A stretch of 64,000 bases of DNA from Eledone cirrhosa (taxonomy: Eukaryota): NCBI GenBank assembly GCA_964016885.1, contig OZ024741.1, positions 160,084,001 to 160,148,000 on the forward strand, read 5' to 3'. The position numbers and the translations under genes are program-made. Below the pieces are notes generated by a model. That model ran no database searches. It saw only the letters and a list, made by a program, of their open reading frames with translations, and was not told the origin of the DNA. Shown here piece after piece: positions 1 through 12,350 of the stretch. Numbering within the stretch: the stretch's first letter is position 1; the number at the start of each line of letters is the position of its first letter.

Positions 1-1080
1 CTTTGTTTCCACTTATGTATTTTTCGAAAATGTTATTTATTCATTATAAAAATTAAAGGATAGCATTCTATATGTAGGTGGGCCCTCTTCAGATCCTGGC
101 AGCCAATATTTTTAGACCCAGTCCGCCACTGTGTATATATGTGTGAGTGTGTGCGTATGTGTGTATGTGTGTGTGTGTGTATATGTGTGGTTGCTCTTCT
201 GGGGCTTATCTGAGGCTTCTATCACAGGACCGCTAGCTTTACTGCTCGGATATAGCCTCTACTCCATATTGTAGCCACTGCCCAGGCCTATCACTAACTA
301 CAAGACACAGTCCTTCCTCGCCCGAAGTCACCCCACTGTAGCCCCTCACACCAATTGTCCATGCTTTATCTTTCTCCTACAACAGTCAAATAGTAACTAT
401 TCAATTAGAACATTAACTATATCCATCTCATGTCATTGAAGGTTTACGATGAACCTTTTCAAGATGAGCCAGACTTTGTTGCATATTCAGTGATCACAGG
501 AGGTCCCTTATAAACACGGGTTAGGCAGATCTCAGGCAGATGTTGAGCTATATAGTCACACTGAAGAATATTTTAACTCACTGATAGAAACAGATATAGT
601 CAAATAGATAGGTAAATAGGTAGACACACATACATACAGACATGCAGAGAGAGGGGGGGGTGAGAGAGAGAGTGTGTGTGTGAAAGAGAGTGTGTGTGTG
701 TGTGAGAGAGAGAGAGAGAATAAGAGAGAGATAAATAGACAGAGAGATTTTAAAATAGTTTCAGAATAAACAAGACAAACACAGAAATACAAAAAACACA
801 ATATCTATATCTATAAATTTATAACTATATATATATATATACATTTGTTTTGCGAGGTTTTCGATATGAAATCGTGTGCAACGAAAGAACTTTGTTAGAC
901 TATATACATGTGTTTATATCTGTATTTCTGACCGTTGGTCAGTCAATGATATGCATTGAAGACCAAATGAATTAACTGTGGAGATATAAAAGATACAGAA
1001 GCGAAAACCAACCAAACAGTGAGTGTGTTCTGTTATTATTTCTGGCAATATTATTACAACAATATGACCCTCCTCAAGTA

Positions 1081-1138
<58 letters not shown>

Positions 1139-1143
<5 letters not shown>

Positions 1144-1947
1144 AAGGTTTAGCAAATAATGAAAAAGTTTCAAAATAAATTTTAAAAAGTTGACTTTACC
1201 TACTATAGTTACCTTTACCGATCGGTTTCGAATCCCAAAAATAAAACGGAGACCATACGGCCTTCGTTGCAAAGAAAGATTCTCGTCAGAAGGTTCTTTT
1301 CATTCAGAGAATATAAAATTCCTGAATTTAAATCACAAACTAGCGCTATCAAAACTGTTCCTGGGATGAGAGTGGATGATGTAGAAACAGGTTTATCAAG
1401 GGCCGTAGCAAAGATAGAGGCAAAAGGAGGTAGGTCAAACTAGCCACAGCTATTGCTAGCAGCAGTCAGAACGACCAAATTTGTTCTCAACATTAGTGGA
1501 GGTAGTAGTAATAGGATATACGTTCCTTCACGCACAAGGCGCCAAGGTACGCATGTATTGTCCAACCAAATGCCAGTGTGGTTCAATGGCGGGTTAATAA
1601 ATTAACGAGCCAGAACAAATATAAACAAGGTTTAGCAAATAATGAAAAAGTTTCAAAATAAATTTTAAAAAATTGACTTTACCTACTATAGTTACCTTTA
1701 CCGATCGGTTTCGAATCCCAAAAATAAAACGGAGACCATACGGCCTTCGTTGCAAAGAAAGAATCTCGTCAGAAGGTTCTTTTCATTCAGAGAATATAAA
1801 ATTCCTGAATTTAAATCACAAACTAGCGCTATCAAAACTGTTCCTGGGATGAGAGTTAATTTATTAACCCGCCATTGAACCACACTGGCATTTGGTTGGA
1901 CAATACATGCGTACCTTGGCGCCTTGTGCGTGAAGGAACGTATATCC

Positions 1948-1952
<5 letters not shown>
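1139..1952 (-). mobile_element. 483-bp hammerhead-containing tandem repeat (retrozyme / Penelope pLTR-like): 1.5 units plus an inverted terminal piece (1855-1952), flanked by (TA)n
   Basis: Unit repeats at a 483-bp offset (acctttaccgatcgg at 1211 and 1694). 1855-1952 is the reverse complement of about 1508-1607. The same family occurs at 38653-39748. Confidence 0.85.
1211..1294 (-). ncRNA. Type I hammerhead ribozyme (second copy 1694-1777)
   Basis: Minus strand reads ACCTT-CTGACGA-GAATC..GATTC-GAAA-CCGATCGG-TA^AAGGT: intact core, stems I and II, and a palindromic stem III. Confidence 0.9.
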
Positions 1953-1984
<32 letters not shown>

Positions 1985-2127
1985 GGAGGTGAGTTTTATT
2001 GTAGTACAATAAAGCAATGCAGATATCGGATAAGTAGCACTCTACAATTTGTAGGACTGGAGTATATTATATATATATATATATGTATATGTGTGTGTGG
2101 GGGGAGGGGTGTATGTGCTTGTGTGTA

Positions 2128-2172
<45 letters not shown>

Positions 2173-2197
2173 AAAAAATATATATATATATGTATAA

Positions 2198-2232
<35 letters not shown>

Positions 2233-2235
<3 letters not shown>

Positions 2236-2379
2236 GATGTCCCAAAACATGTATACACACTTTCATTCTCTGTACAGGCAATATTTATTAGAATGTTGTT
2301 GAAGTGTGTATACATTTTTAAGGACATGTATATATAAAGGTATATTTTTGTCTATTATTTCCTCATATTTTGTAATTTG

Positions 2380-2380
<1 letters not shown>
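2233..2380 (+). mobile_element. Tc1/mariner-like terminal fragment
   Basis: TA followed by CAGGATGTCCCAAAA resembles mariner-family TIR starts; no transposase nearby. Confidence 0.35.
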
Positions 2381-2430
<50 letters not shown>

Positions 2431-2800
2431 GTGTGTGTGTGTGAATGTGTGTAGGAGGGAGGAGTCTGCACTGCTGGAACCAGGGGTGACCACTTTGGAA
2501 ATACTCAGTGCATGGGGAGATGTAAAGTTGGTGTAGAGATCGGTAAAATCCCGTTCGTGGCGCCAAGCGGTTTCTCTCCCTCTCCCTCCTTCTCTCTCTC
2601 TCTCTCTCTCTATCTCTATCTTTCTCTCTGTCTCTTTATATATATATATTTATACAAAGAGAGAGAGAGAGAGAAGGAGAGAGAGGGAGAATATAGAGAT
2701 CGATAGAGAATATGAGACATACACACACACAGAGTGTGTGTGTGTATGTGTGTGTGTTTGTTAATGTGCGTACGCCACTCTTATTCTCTATCTGTCTATC

Positions 2801-5800
2801 AGATGTGATGGTTATTTGCGAGGCCCGGATCAGCAACGCGCGACAGCTGGCCCCCACCTTTGATGACTTTGAGATGCACGCATCTCTCTGTCAGCCCGGG
2901 GGTGGGGGTGGGGTTGTCGTTCTGCTGCAAAAACATCTGGGTCTCGCAACACAGATGGTACATTTGGACCCGGAGGGTCGACTAGTGGTTCTGGACCTTG
3001 GCAGTGGTAAAGGTGGAGCGTTTAGGTTGGTAGCCGCCTACGGCCCTTTCGGGTCAATGCATCCGGACTTCTTCCATCGTCTGGAGACTTTTCTAGGGAC
3101 GTCCCGCTCCTTGCTATTAGTGGGGGGGCTGGAATGGTATCCTAGATGCACGCTGGGACTACGTAGGGGCCTGTCCCGATAGAGAGGGGTGTAATAGCCT
3201 CAAAGGGTTAATCGGTCGATTTGACCTGGCCGATAGATATCGACTAGATTTTCCGACTGCGCCAACCTGGACTTGGGCAAATCGTAGCGGATCATCTAGG
3301 TCGTACCTAGATAGGTTCTTAGTTAGAATTAAAGATAAGGACTTTTTAAGTTGTCCAAAAATACGCATGGTTGGCTATTCAGACCACAAATTAGTGACCT
3401 GCATGGTCAACCTTGATAGAACTCATAGACAGGGACCCGGTTACTGGAAGCTCAACTTGTCCTTACCGGCAAGTAAGGCTTACAGGGACCGGATTAGCAC
3501 TTTAGTTAAGGAGCGGTTGACGGGCGCCATCGTCAACAGCAGGTGGTGGGGATCTCTCAAAAGAGAGATTAGAGTAGTCTCTATAGAATTTAGTAAGGAG
3601 TTAGCCTCAAATAGAAATAGGAAGGAAAGGGAGTTGGTAGATAGTGTAGAATTGGCAATTAGAAGCGGCGACGTGGCCAGAGTGCTAGCGTCGAGAACGG
3701 CCCTGGGCCAGTTCTTCGACGCGAAACACGAAGGCTGCATCGTCCGAAGCAAAATACGTGCTCTGGGAAACGAGGGGACCAAAGCTGTTAGCTGGGCCCG
3801 CGTGACAGAAGCCAAAAGAGGGAGCAGATCCACTATCCGGTCTTTGCGAGACCAGGATGGACGGGTGATCCTTGAACCTAAGCAGATGTGCGAGGCTTTT
3901 CAAAAGCACTTTCCGGATTGTTCGGAAGGGGCGGGGAGCCGGTTGGGGATGTGGACTTCGGGCCATACCTCGACGGCCTGCCGCGTCTCTCGGACAGGGA
4001 GGCGAACTCCTGCGAGGAGCCGATTTCAGCCGCTGAGATAGAGGACGTGCTGAGCCAATGCGGCAAACGCAAATCCCCGGGTCTCGATGGTCTTCCATAC
4101 GAACTATATCTAGCTATGCCGGACTTGTTCCCCGATCTCCTCGAGGCGGTCTACTGCAACTGGCAACAGAACGGGGGTATTCCCTGTGCTGTGACCAAGG
4201 GCGTAGTCACGCTAGTGAGGAAGGACGAGAACAAGGGGGACGATATAAATAATTTCAGGCCCATAACTGCTAAATACAGAGTTACAGATTTTGGCCAAGG
4301 TGCTAGCAAAGAGGTTGGCGCTTGTCGTGGGTAACCTGGTGGGAGATGCGCAGACATGTGCTATCCCGTCCAGGCCCATCCACGACAACCTCCACCTCAT
4401 GCAATACATCATAGAGAGGGTTGGGAACGAACCCGGCTTTGGTGGGGCCCTGATCAACTTGGATCAATCTAAGGCATTCGATAGGGTCGACCATGGTTAC
4501 CTGGATGCGGTGCTAGCGGCGGCAGGCTTCGGACCCGTTTTCAGGGGCTGGATCAATGCCATGCACAGCAGCCGCATCTGCTCTAGGGTCAAGGTGAACG
4601 GCTACCTCTCGGAGCCGTTCGAAATCGCGCGGTCCATCCGACAGGGGTTCCCTCTCTCCTCCCTTCTGTATGTAATGACTCTAGAGCCACTGTTGCGGAA
4701 GTTGGAGTTGTTGCAGGGCATCCCGTTGGAACCGGGATTGCGGAAAGCGGTGTCAGCCTACGCCGATGACGTAACAGTAATGGTGTCGACGGCCTCGGAA
4801 ATCGGGGCGATCGGCACCTTACTGGAGGAGTACGAAAGGTTTACAGGGGCTAAGCTGAACCGGGACAAGTCGATCGTACTGCAACTCGGCACGTGGAGGG
4901 GCAGATCGATGCCCTCCGATGGCGTCGTCGGGCGCTGGACGGAGGGCCCGGTGAAGTTGCTCGGGGTCTGGTTCGGACCAGACCTCCAGGTGGAGAAGAA
5001 CTGGGGTGAGGTAACGAACAGGGTGTTTGCACTGACCCAGAAGTGGGCCGAGTTCAAACTGTCCCTGAAAGGTCGGGCGGAGGTGGCGAACACTTATATA
5101 GCGTCCGTCATCTACTACCGCCTGACCGTTGTGCCTTGCCCAAGGGAAACGCTCGCCAAAATGGAGCGCGCACTCTTCCAATTCCTTTGGAAGAAGCGGG
5201 CTCCTATGGTGAGGAGATCCATCTGCTGTCAACACCCTTCGAAAGGAGGGCTGGGGATGCCGTGGCTAATGATACGTAAACACGCATTAAGGCTACGGCA
5301 CCTTCAGGTATTCCTCTCCAGTCAACCGGTGTGGGCCCCGTTTGTGAGGCGAGCCTTTCCCAGACTCGTCTCACTCACCGAGCTGCAATCCTGGGTCAAG
5401 CAAAGACCGAGAAAACTGGGCGCCTGGCACACCGAGTGTGCCCAGTCGCTCACGGCTCTCTGGCAGGCGGACCCGGCTGTCAGTGGAGAATCTACCTCGT
5501 CATTCTATAGAGGGCTGGTGGTTAGCAGGTGCGACGGCGCCCTCGGAGAAGCCCTAGGCATGGAGGAAGACGAATTGGCAAACCTGTTCGGTAGGACATT
5601 CAGCCCGGGACCCATGGATAACTTCCAGAGGTCCCTGGCCTGGCAATGCTACAGAAGGGCTCTGCCTGTTCGAGAAAGGCTCTACAGACACGGGCGCCCG
5701 GGTAGGGACCCCTCGAAAAAGATCTGTCCCAGATGTGTGTGCGACGAGGAAACCGTTGCACACGCATTGGTACACTGCTCGGGCATTGCCGATCTGTGGG

Positions 5801-6398
5801 GCTATGTCGAACAACTGCTGTCAAGGGTGGGACCGATCCGGTTGACCACCGAGTCTATTGTAACGATCAAGCCGCCTCCCCTCTTCAAAAACGAAGGAGA
5901 GGCGGTGTTTCTGTGCGTAATAGCCATGGCGAAAGAGGTTGTATGGTGGACGCGTCTGAAAGGATTGAGGTCAGACACCTTTTTCTCTGGCCAACAACTG
6001 GTCCGTTTCTTCCGATATCATTTCGGAAGAAGGATCAGGATGAAGAGAGAGGTGCTGCACCCCAGCCGTTTTTATGAAAGATGGGTGAAAGTGGAGAGAA
6101 TGGCCCGTGTGAATGGGCCTTCACTCTACATCAGACTATAGGTGAGGAAGATGAAAGACCAAGGGAGCACCCCTTCTCTGTGCTCCTGAGGAAAAGGGTT
6201 GCACACTTTTTTTAGGGGGTGTGTGCGACCCCCCAAGGCGCCTCCTCTCTATTGAGGACTTTGTTATAAATTTTATTTTTTGTTATATTTTATTTTATTT
6301 TATATATTGTTATTGCCTCCTCCTTATTGAGGACGCCTTGTTTTGTAAACTCCCCCCATTGTACTTGTCCCACTTTTGACGCCCTGGTGGCAAATAAT
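2801..6398 (+). mobile_element. Tx1/L1-clade non-LTR retrotransposon, 5'-truncated, frameshifted ORF2 (APE endonuclease, RT, C-terminal zinc finger)
   Basis: EN motifs (GDWN-like, SDHK); RT motifs PGLDGLPYE, NFRPIT, LDQSKAFDRVDH, RQGFPLS, YADD; C-terminal CPRC..HALVHC; stop at 6141; 3' UTR ends aataat and runs into (ATCT)n. Confidence 0.93.
4291..6141 (+). pseudogene. Largest open segment of Tx1 ORF2 (RT plus zinc finger)
   Basis: 616-aa ORF with RT motifs; upstream parts are in other frames (2712-3182, 3367-3900, 3888-4270). Confidence 0.9.
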
Positions 6399-6410
6399 AT
6401 CTATCTATCC

Positions 6411-6449
<39 letters not shown>

Positions 6450-6482
6450 CATCTATCCATCTATCTATCTATCTATCTATCC

Positions 6483-6528
<46 letters not shown>

Positions 6529-6566
6529 ACCTCTCACAGACACAGGCATAGACACACATACACACT

Positions 6567-6694
<128 letters not shown>

Positions 6695-6746
6695 AAAAGA
6701 GTCAGGACCCCGACGGCTGAGGCTGAGCTCCGGCCGTTTCGACAGC

Positions 6747-6778
<32 letters not shown>

Positions 6779-6925
6779 AAAGGAATTGTGATAAGGAACC
6801 AGATGGACCATACCGCACCAGAGTACTCAATACTTAGGGTAGTAGAGTGGGAAATAGGAAAAAGTATGACCCCGACGGCAGAGCTCAAGCCGTTTCGACG
6901 GCTATTTCTGTACTGCCAGTACTGG
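6695..6925 (-). mobile_element. Two fragments of the half-hammerhead family A (GAAA-CGGCT..GCCG-TC^GGGGTC plus tail)
   Basis: Matches copies at 7942-8120, 27257-27450, 52658-52851, 58730-58790 and 62296-62372. Confidence 0.75.
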
Positions 6926-6970
6926 AATTGAATAATCAAAACCGTGGCGGTATGTCTCATCTCAAATCAT

Positions 6971-7035
6971 ATATTTTCTCTGAAGAAAACGTACTTAAAC
7001 ACCATAGTACCTTTGAAATATGTATAATAAAATAT
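6971..7035 (+). ncRNA. Type I hammerhead ribozyme
   Basis: ATATTTTCT-CTGAAGA-AAACGTACT..AGTACCTTT-GAAA-TATGTA-TA^ATAAAATAT; related copy at 18254-18314 (-). Confidence 0.75.
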
Positions 7036-7119
7036 GTAATTTGATTATGAGAATATTTTTCATTTGTTAACATTTTGTATAATATATATACACATATATA
7101 TATATACATATATATATAC

Positions 7120-7186
<67 letters not shown>

Positions 7187-7213
7187 CATATATATATACA
7201 TATATATATATAC

Positions 7214-7246
<33 letters not shown>

Positions 7247-7863
7247 CAGAGGGATAAAGTGAGTGAAAGAGAGAGAAAGTGAAATAGTTTGGTAAATAAA
7301 AGAAAGAAAAAGGAGAGTAGGTTGAGAAGTCAGTGAAGAAAGCGGACGTGCACCTATGTTTGTGTATGTGTGTGTGTACGTGTGTGTGTGTATGTGCGTG
7401 CGTATTTGTGTTTGATTGTGCATGCGTGCCCAAGTGTGTGAGTGTGTGGTGTGCGTGTGTGTGTGTGTGTGCGTGGTGGTGTATGAGCGTATGCGAGGGT
7501 GTTTAATACGTGTGTGTCTGTGTGTGTGTGCGTGGATGTGTGCATATGTGTTTGTATGTATGTATGTTTGATTGTGCGCGCGTGCGTGCCCGTGCGTGCG
7601 TGCGTATGTGTGTGTGGGGGGGGTGTCAATGTATGATAGGAGAGAGAGAGAAAAAAAACTTTGTCGGAGAAATATCTGTAACAGCTGGAGTGGGAGGTGG
7701 AAGTGGAGGAGGAGGAGGAGTTGTAGAGAAAACGTGGGAGGAGTTACATTGATGCTTGTAGAATTTGTGGATGGTAGTGGCGGTGAGAGGCAAGAGCCTA
7801 GAAAATGTGACCGATAGCTACATATCTATCTATCTCTCTGCTTATTTGTCTCCCCCTCTCTTC

Positions 7864-7913
<50 letters not shown>

Positions 7914-7941
7914 ATTCATATATATATATATATATAATATA

Positions 7942-8118
7942 TAGGAACATTTCAAGACGCCGACGGCAGAGCTCGAGCCGTTTCAACGGCTATTTCTGGA
8001 CGGCTCGAGCTCTGCCGTCGGGGTCTTGAACATTTTCCTATTACCCACTCTGCTACCCTAAGTATTGAGTACTCTGGTGCGTTATGGTCCACCTGGTTCC
8101 TTACCACATTTCCTTCGT

Positions 8119-8120
<2 letters not shown>
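7942..8120. repeat. Fold-back pair of family A half-hammerhead ends
   Basis: ttcaagacgccgacggcagagctcgagccg is mirrored by cggctcgagctctgccgtcggggtcttgaa; only the right arm carries the ACTC/GAGT hairpin (8047-8070). Confidence 0.8.
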
Positions 8121-8182
<62 letters not shown>

Positions 8183-8366
8183 GATTAGTTCTATCGTTAC
8201 TTTGGTATATATTGTGTGTTAGATTCGCCTACCACAATGTTCGATTTGTCAAGCTATTTAAACGTATGTTATTACTCTAAGGCCCTATCTTATCGAGTGC
8301 TTTGTTAACTCATCATTTCATATAATTTACTTGCAAACCGCCGGAGATTCGATTTTACTGATTTCC

Positions 8367-8429
<63 letters not shown>

Positions 8430-8483
8430 GGTTGCATTTTTTAAGGGTATGTCAATATTTATTTATAAAACTGATCTATATTA

Positions 8484-8548
8484 TATTTTGTCTGATGAAA
8501 ACACACCATAATTTAAATTGGTGTCCTTGAAATATGTATAATGAAATA
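8484..8548 (+). ncRNA. Type I hammerhead ribozyme (family D)
   Basis: TATTTTGT-CTGATGA-AAACACACCA..TGGTGTCCTT-GAAA-TATGTA-TA^ATGAAATA; homologous to 49791-49855. Confidence 0.8.
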
Positions 8549-9027
8549 AATATTGTTTTATAAATATAGTTTCCATTTGTTAATATCGTATATATATATT
8601 TCTTCCTAATAATCGTCTTTTTCTCCCTGTTTTCATATATATATATATACAAATTTTTGTACAGCATTAACGAAGCTTTAGGCTGCGGCTAAGCTAACGA
8701 ATGCAACACATAACGTATATCTTATAGCATACGATATACATCACATATAACATACAACATCCACGCTAGGTTTCTGTAAATCCGAGATCGACTAATTCCG
8801 TTTGCAGGGGTCTGCAAGTTAATGGCCTTTGACGGCAGAACAAAGGATTTACTTCGTCAACAAGTCTTGCGTTCTATAGCCTCAGCGGCTGTGTTTTCTA
8901 GCAGTAAATTTCACTATAGACAAGTGGTTTTCTCAAAGGGATGTAACCCCCGTTTTGGCGGTGAATTCGAAATTTTGGACAAAGGAATGATATTCCCTTA
9001 GACAAACCGAATTAAGCACTCAACCAG

Positions 9028-9081
<54 letters not shown>

Positions 9082-9115
9082 AACCCATGTGCAACCACTC
9101 AATTCTTCTCATATT

Positions 9116-9190
<75 letters not shown>

Positions 9191-9361
9191 CCATATAAAT
9201 ATATATATATATATATAAAAACTGGCAACAGATGCAGGAACACTGTGGTCATCGGCTTTTGAAATGGACCTACACAATTCTGACCTCTCCCAACAATACA
9301 ACTGATGCATTCAGGTAACAGCGTTGAACGCTTTCCTGGTGTATTTGGGAGACGAATACAG

Positions 9362-9487
<126 letters not shown>

Positions 9488-9580
9488 GTATATACACACT
9501 AACTTTGCCTTTCGATAAAATAAAGCACCAGTAATGCACTGGAGTAGATTTAATCGACTTTCACACACACACACATACAT

Positions 9581-9620
<40 letters not shown>

Positions 9621-9722
9621 AATATATATATACATATATATATTATATATTATATATATATATGTATAAATTAATAAAGTAATGAATAAACAAAGAAACA
9701 GTTCCTTATATTTAAAAAAATT

Positions 9723-9862
9723 CATCATTTTACGATCGTTTCTAGGATATATATGTGTTAGAGTTGGTATGCATATTCTATAGATCTATCTAGAATATTT
9801 ATACAAACTATCAGAGGGAATATACATACCTACACATATATATGCTGTCTTCAGAAATAATG
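9723..9862 (-). ncRNA. Type I hammerhead ribozyme with a long (about 105 nt) stem II region
   Basis: CATTATTT-CTGAAGA-CAGCATATATATGTGT..ACACATATATATCCTA-GAAA-CGATCG-TA^AAATGATG. Confidence 0.8.
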
Positions 9863-10553
9863 ATATTTGTTTATTGAAAAAAACAAAGATTTAATACAAT
9901 AGGTCTGTTTGGGAACAGGTTTTGAATTGACCAATAGAGAGATAGTGAAGGTCAATATAGTAATCTAGTAGTAAAAGAACCTTAATTTATGGGTAGAGGA
10001 AGGTAGATTTCAGTTTTGGCTGGAAAAGAATATTATGAATGAAAGATTATTTTAGGGATGAAAATAGGTCGTATGCTGACCTCAGAAATAATTATATTTG
10101 TTCATTGAATAAAACCAACAAAGATTTGATATAGTCTGTCTGTTTGGTAACAGGTTTAGAATTAACCAATAGAAAGTTAATAATTGGCCAAATGGTAAAA
10201 TAGTAGTAATTGAAGTTTATTTTAGGGGTAGATGAAGGTAGATTTCAGTTTTGAATGGAGTGTGGAGAATGAGAAGGTTACTTTAGGGGTGAAAATAGGT
10301 CAGGTCAGTAAAAGGTATACGAACAGTTGCTGTTATAAAATAGTAATGCCAATGCAAATATCTAAGGAGACTAAAATTTTACGATAAGAGTGTTAGTGAA
10401 AGAAATACATCCATGAAAAGAATATAAATTAATTTAATTGATGGGTATATTTATATTGATAAAATTATACTAATGCATATAGATATGATAAATAAGAGTT
10501 AGATGTAGTTGAAGAGTGCTGTTAAAGATGAGGGGAAATTAAAAGAATATAAA

Positions 10554-10604
<51 letters not shown>

Positions 10605-10627
10605 CATACATAAATATACACCCACAT

Positions 10628-10749
<122 letters not shown>

Positions 10750-10888
10750 ATACATACATATATACACATATACATACATACACATACATATAATAATTGG
10801 GGGGGGGTTAAATTTATAATAAATATATAGAGATTTCAAGGAACATAGAGTCATAACCTGAAATTAAAGCATTATATATGTTTACTTA

Positions 10889-11075
10889 TAGGGCGGTGGA
10901 TTGACAGTATCGGTAGAGGGTCGGACGCCATGCTTTCTAGCATAGTTACGTCCCTTTATGATCTGAGTTCAAATCCCGCCGAGGTTAACTTTGCCTTTCA
11001 TCTTTACGGGGTCGATAAAATAAAGTACCAGTAATGTACTGGGTAATTGCTGGTCTTGTGCCTAAAATAGAAACA
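10889..11075 (+). mobile_element. tRNA-derived SINE with a Nin-like domain and 18-bp target site duplication
   Basis: B-box GAGTTCAAATCC; gcctttcatc..ggggtcgataaaataaagtaccag; TSD attatatatgtttactta at 10871-10888 and 11076-11093. Confidence 0.85.
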
Positions 11076-11222
11076 ATTATATATGTTTACTTAATGGTAT
11101 CAGTTTTAGGAAATGATAGTTGTAAGAAGGAAAGTAAAATTATGTAGTTCATCAGTAGTAGAATATTAATTATAGGTTAACTAAATTAAAAACAGTTTAT
11201 ATATTAATTTCTAAGATGTATA

Positions 11223-12350
11223 TTAATTAGGTTTATAATATTTAAAGGTTTTTCTCAGTTTGTGATTACACGATATTATTAATTCCTGTCGCTTATTTAA
11301 TAGGATATCCTTAGATTTCATTATTTCAAAAAGTTCTTGGGAACATAATTTACATTCATATCTATTATTTTGATAAGGGGTGGCCTTTTGAGCACACTCC
11401 AGGTCAGGTCATAATCTATATTCCTCTTTCTATAATTATTAATTATTTCAGCTAGAGATGTTGTATTAGCTAGTGCGGCATTTTTAAAGCTATGTTTGTG
11501 GGTATTAAATCTTACCTTAAATTTGTTAGAGGTAGCTCCTATATATGAATATATTGAGTCTTTAGAGTTAACTTTACATTTATATACTATGTTATTAACA
11601 AGGCAATTTCCTTTTAATGGGCAGTTTGCCTTGTTTCTACAGTTACAACTTTTCGTGAATGCTGTATCCGAGGAGATATTATGGTTAGTTTGATGTACTG
11701 GTGGTATACTCATGGTTTTTTTAACATTTATATGCATTGTAGGCACTTATATTTTGTTTTATGTTTTTGGTTGTTGAGTAGGAGAATTTAACCGTTGATC
11801 TATTTAAAATTTGATGGTATTTGTGGTTTGGCGGGAAGTTCTTCTCTAGGATATTAAATAATTTTTTAGGTATATTATCCTTAATTTGTAAATTAAATGG
11901 AGCATTATACCAAGTAACTCGTCTATTACGGTTTCGATGTTGTTTATTGTTTTTGTATCCTGATGTTTATTAAGAGAATTATTGTTAATGACTTCACCAC
12001 ACACATTTTTAGTTAGATTTATTGATTTAGCTTGTTTATTAGGAGTTTTATTATTACCATTTATTAGAGTTGTAGGATGAGTGGTTTTTTGAGAGTTACT
12101 ATATTGTATATTAGAAGAGTTAGAGAAATTTGGTTTTATGTTGGTATTTTGGGGTATAGTGTGAGTGGCATTTAGGTGTGTATGTTTCATTTGGTGTTTG
12201 TTGGTAATATTAGGTTGTATGTTTGTAGTGTTATTGGTACAAGGTATATATACTAATTTATTTTTGTGGCCACTTCTAGCTAGAGCTTCGTTATAAAAGG
12301 TCGCATTTTTATCAAATACATCCTGGTTAGACGAAAGGTTAGAAATTTCG
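11223..12350 (-). pseudogene. Penelope-type polyprotein C-terminus (GIY-YIG endonuclease), frameshifted
   Basis: ORFs 11846-12350 and 11321-11746, plus a shifted frame ending CNHKLRKTFKYYKPN*. Confidence 0.85.

Noticed and set aside
190-545. Possible old LINE fragment on the minus strand
   Set aside because: No diagnostic motif could be read with confidence.
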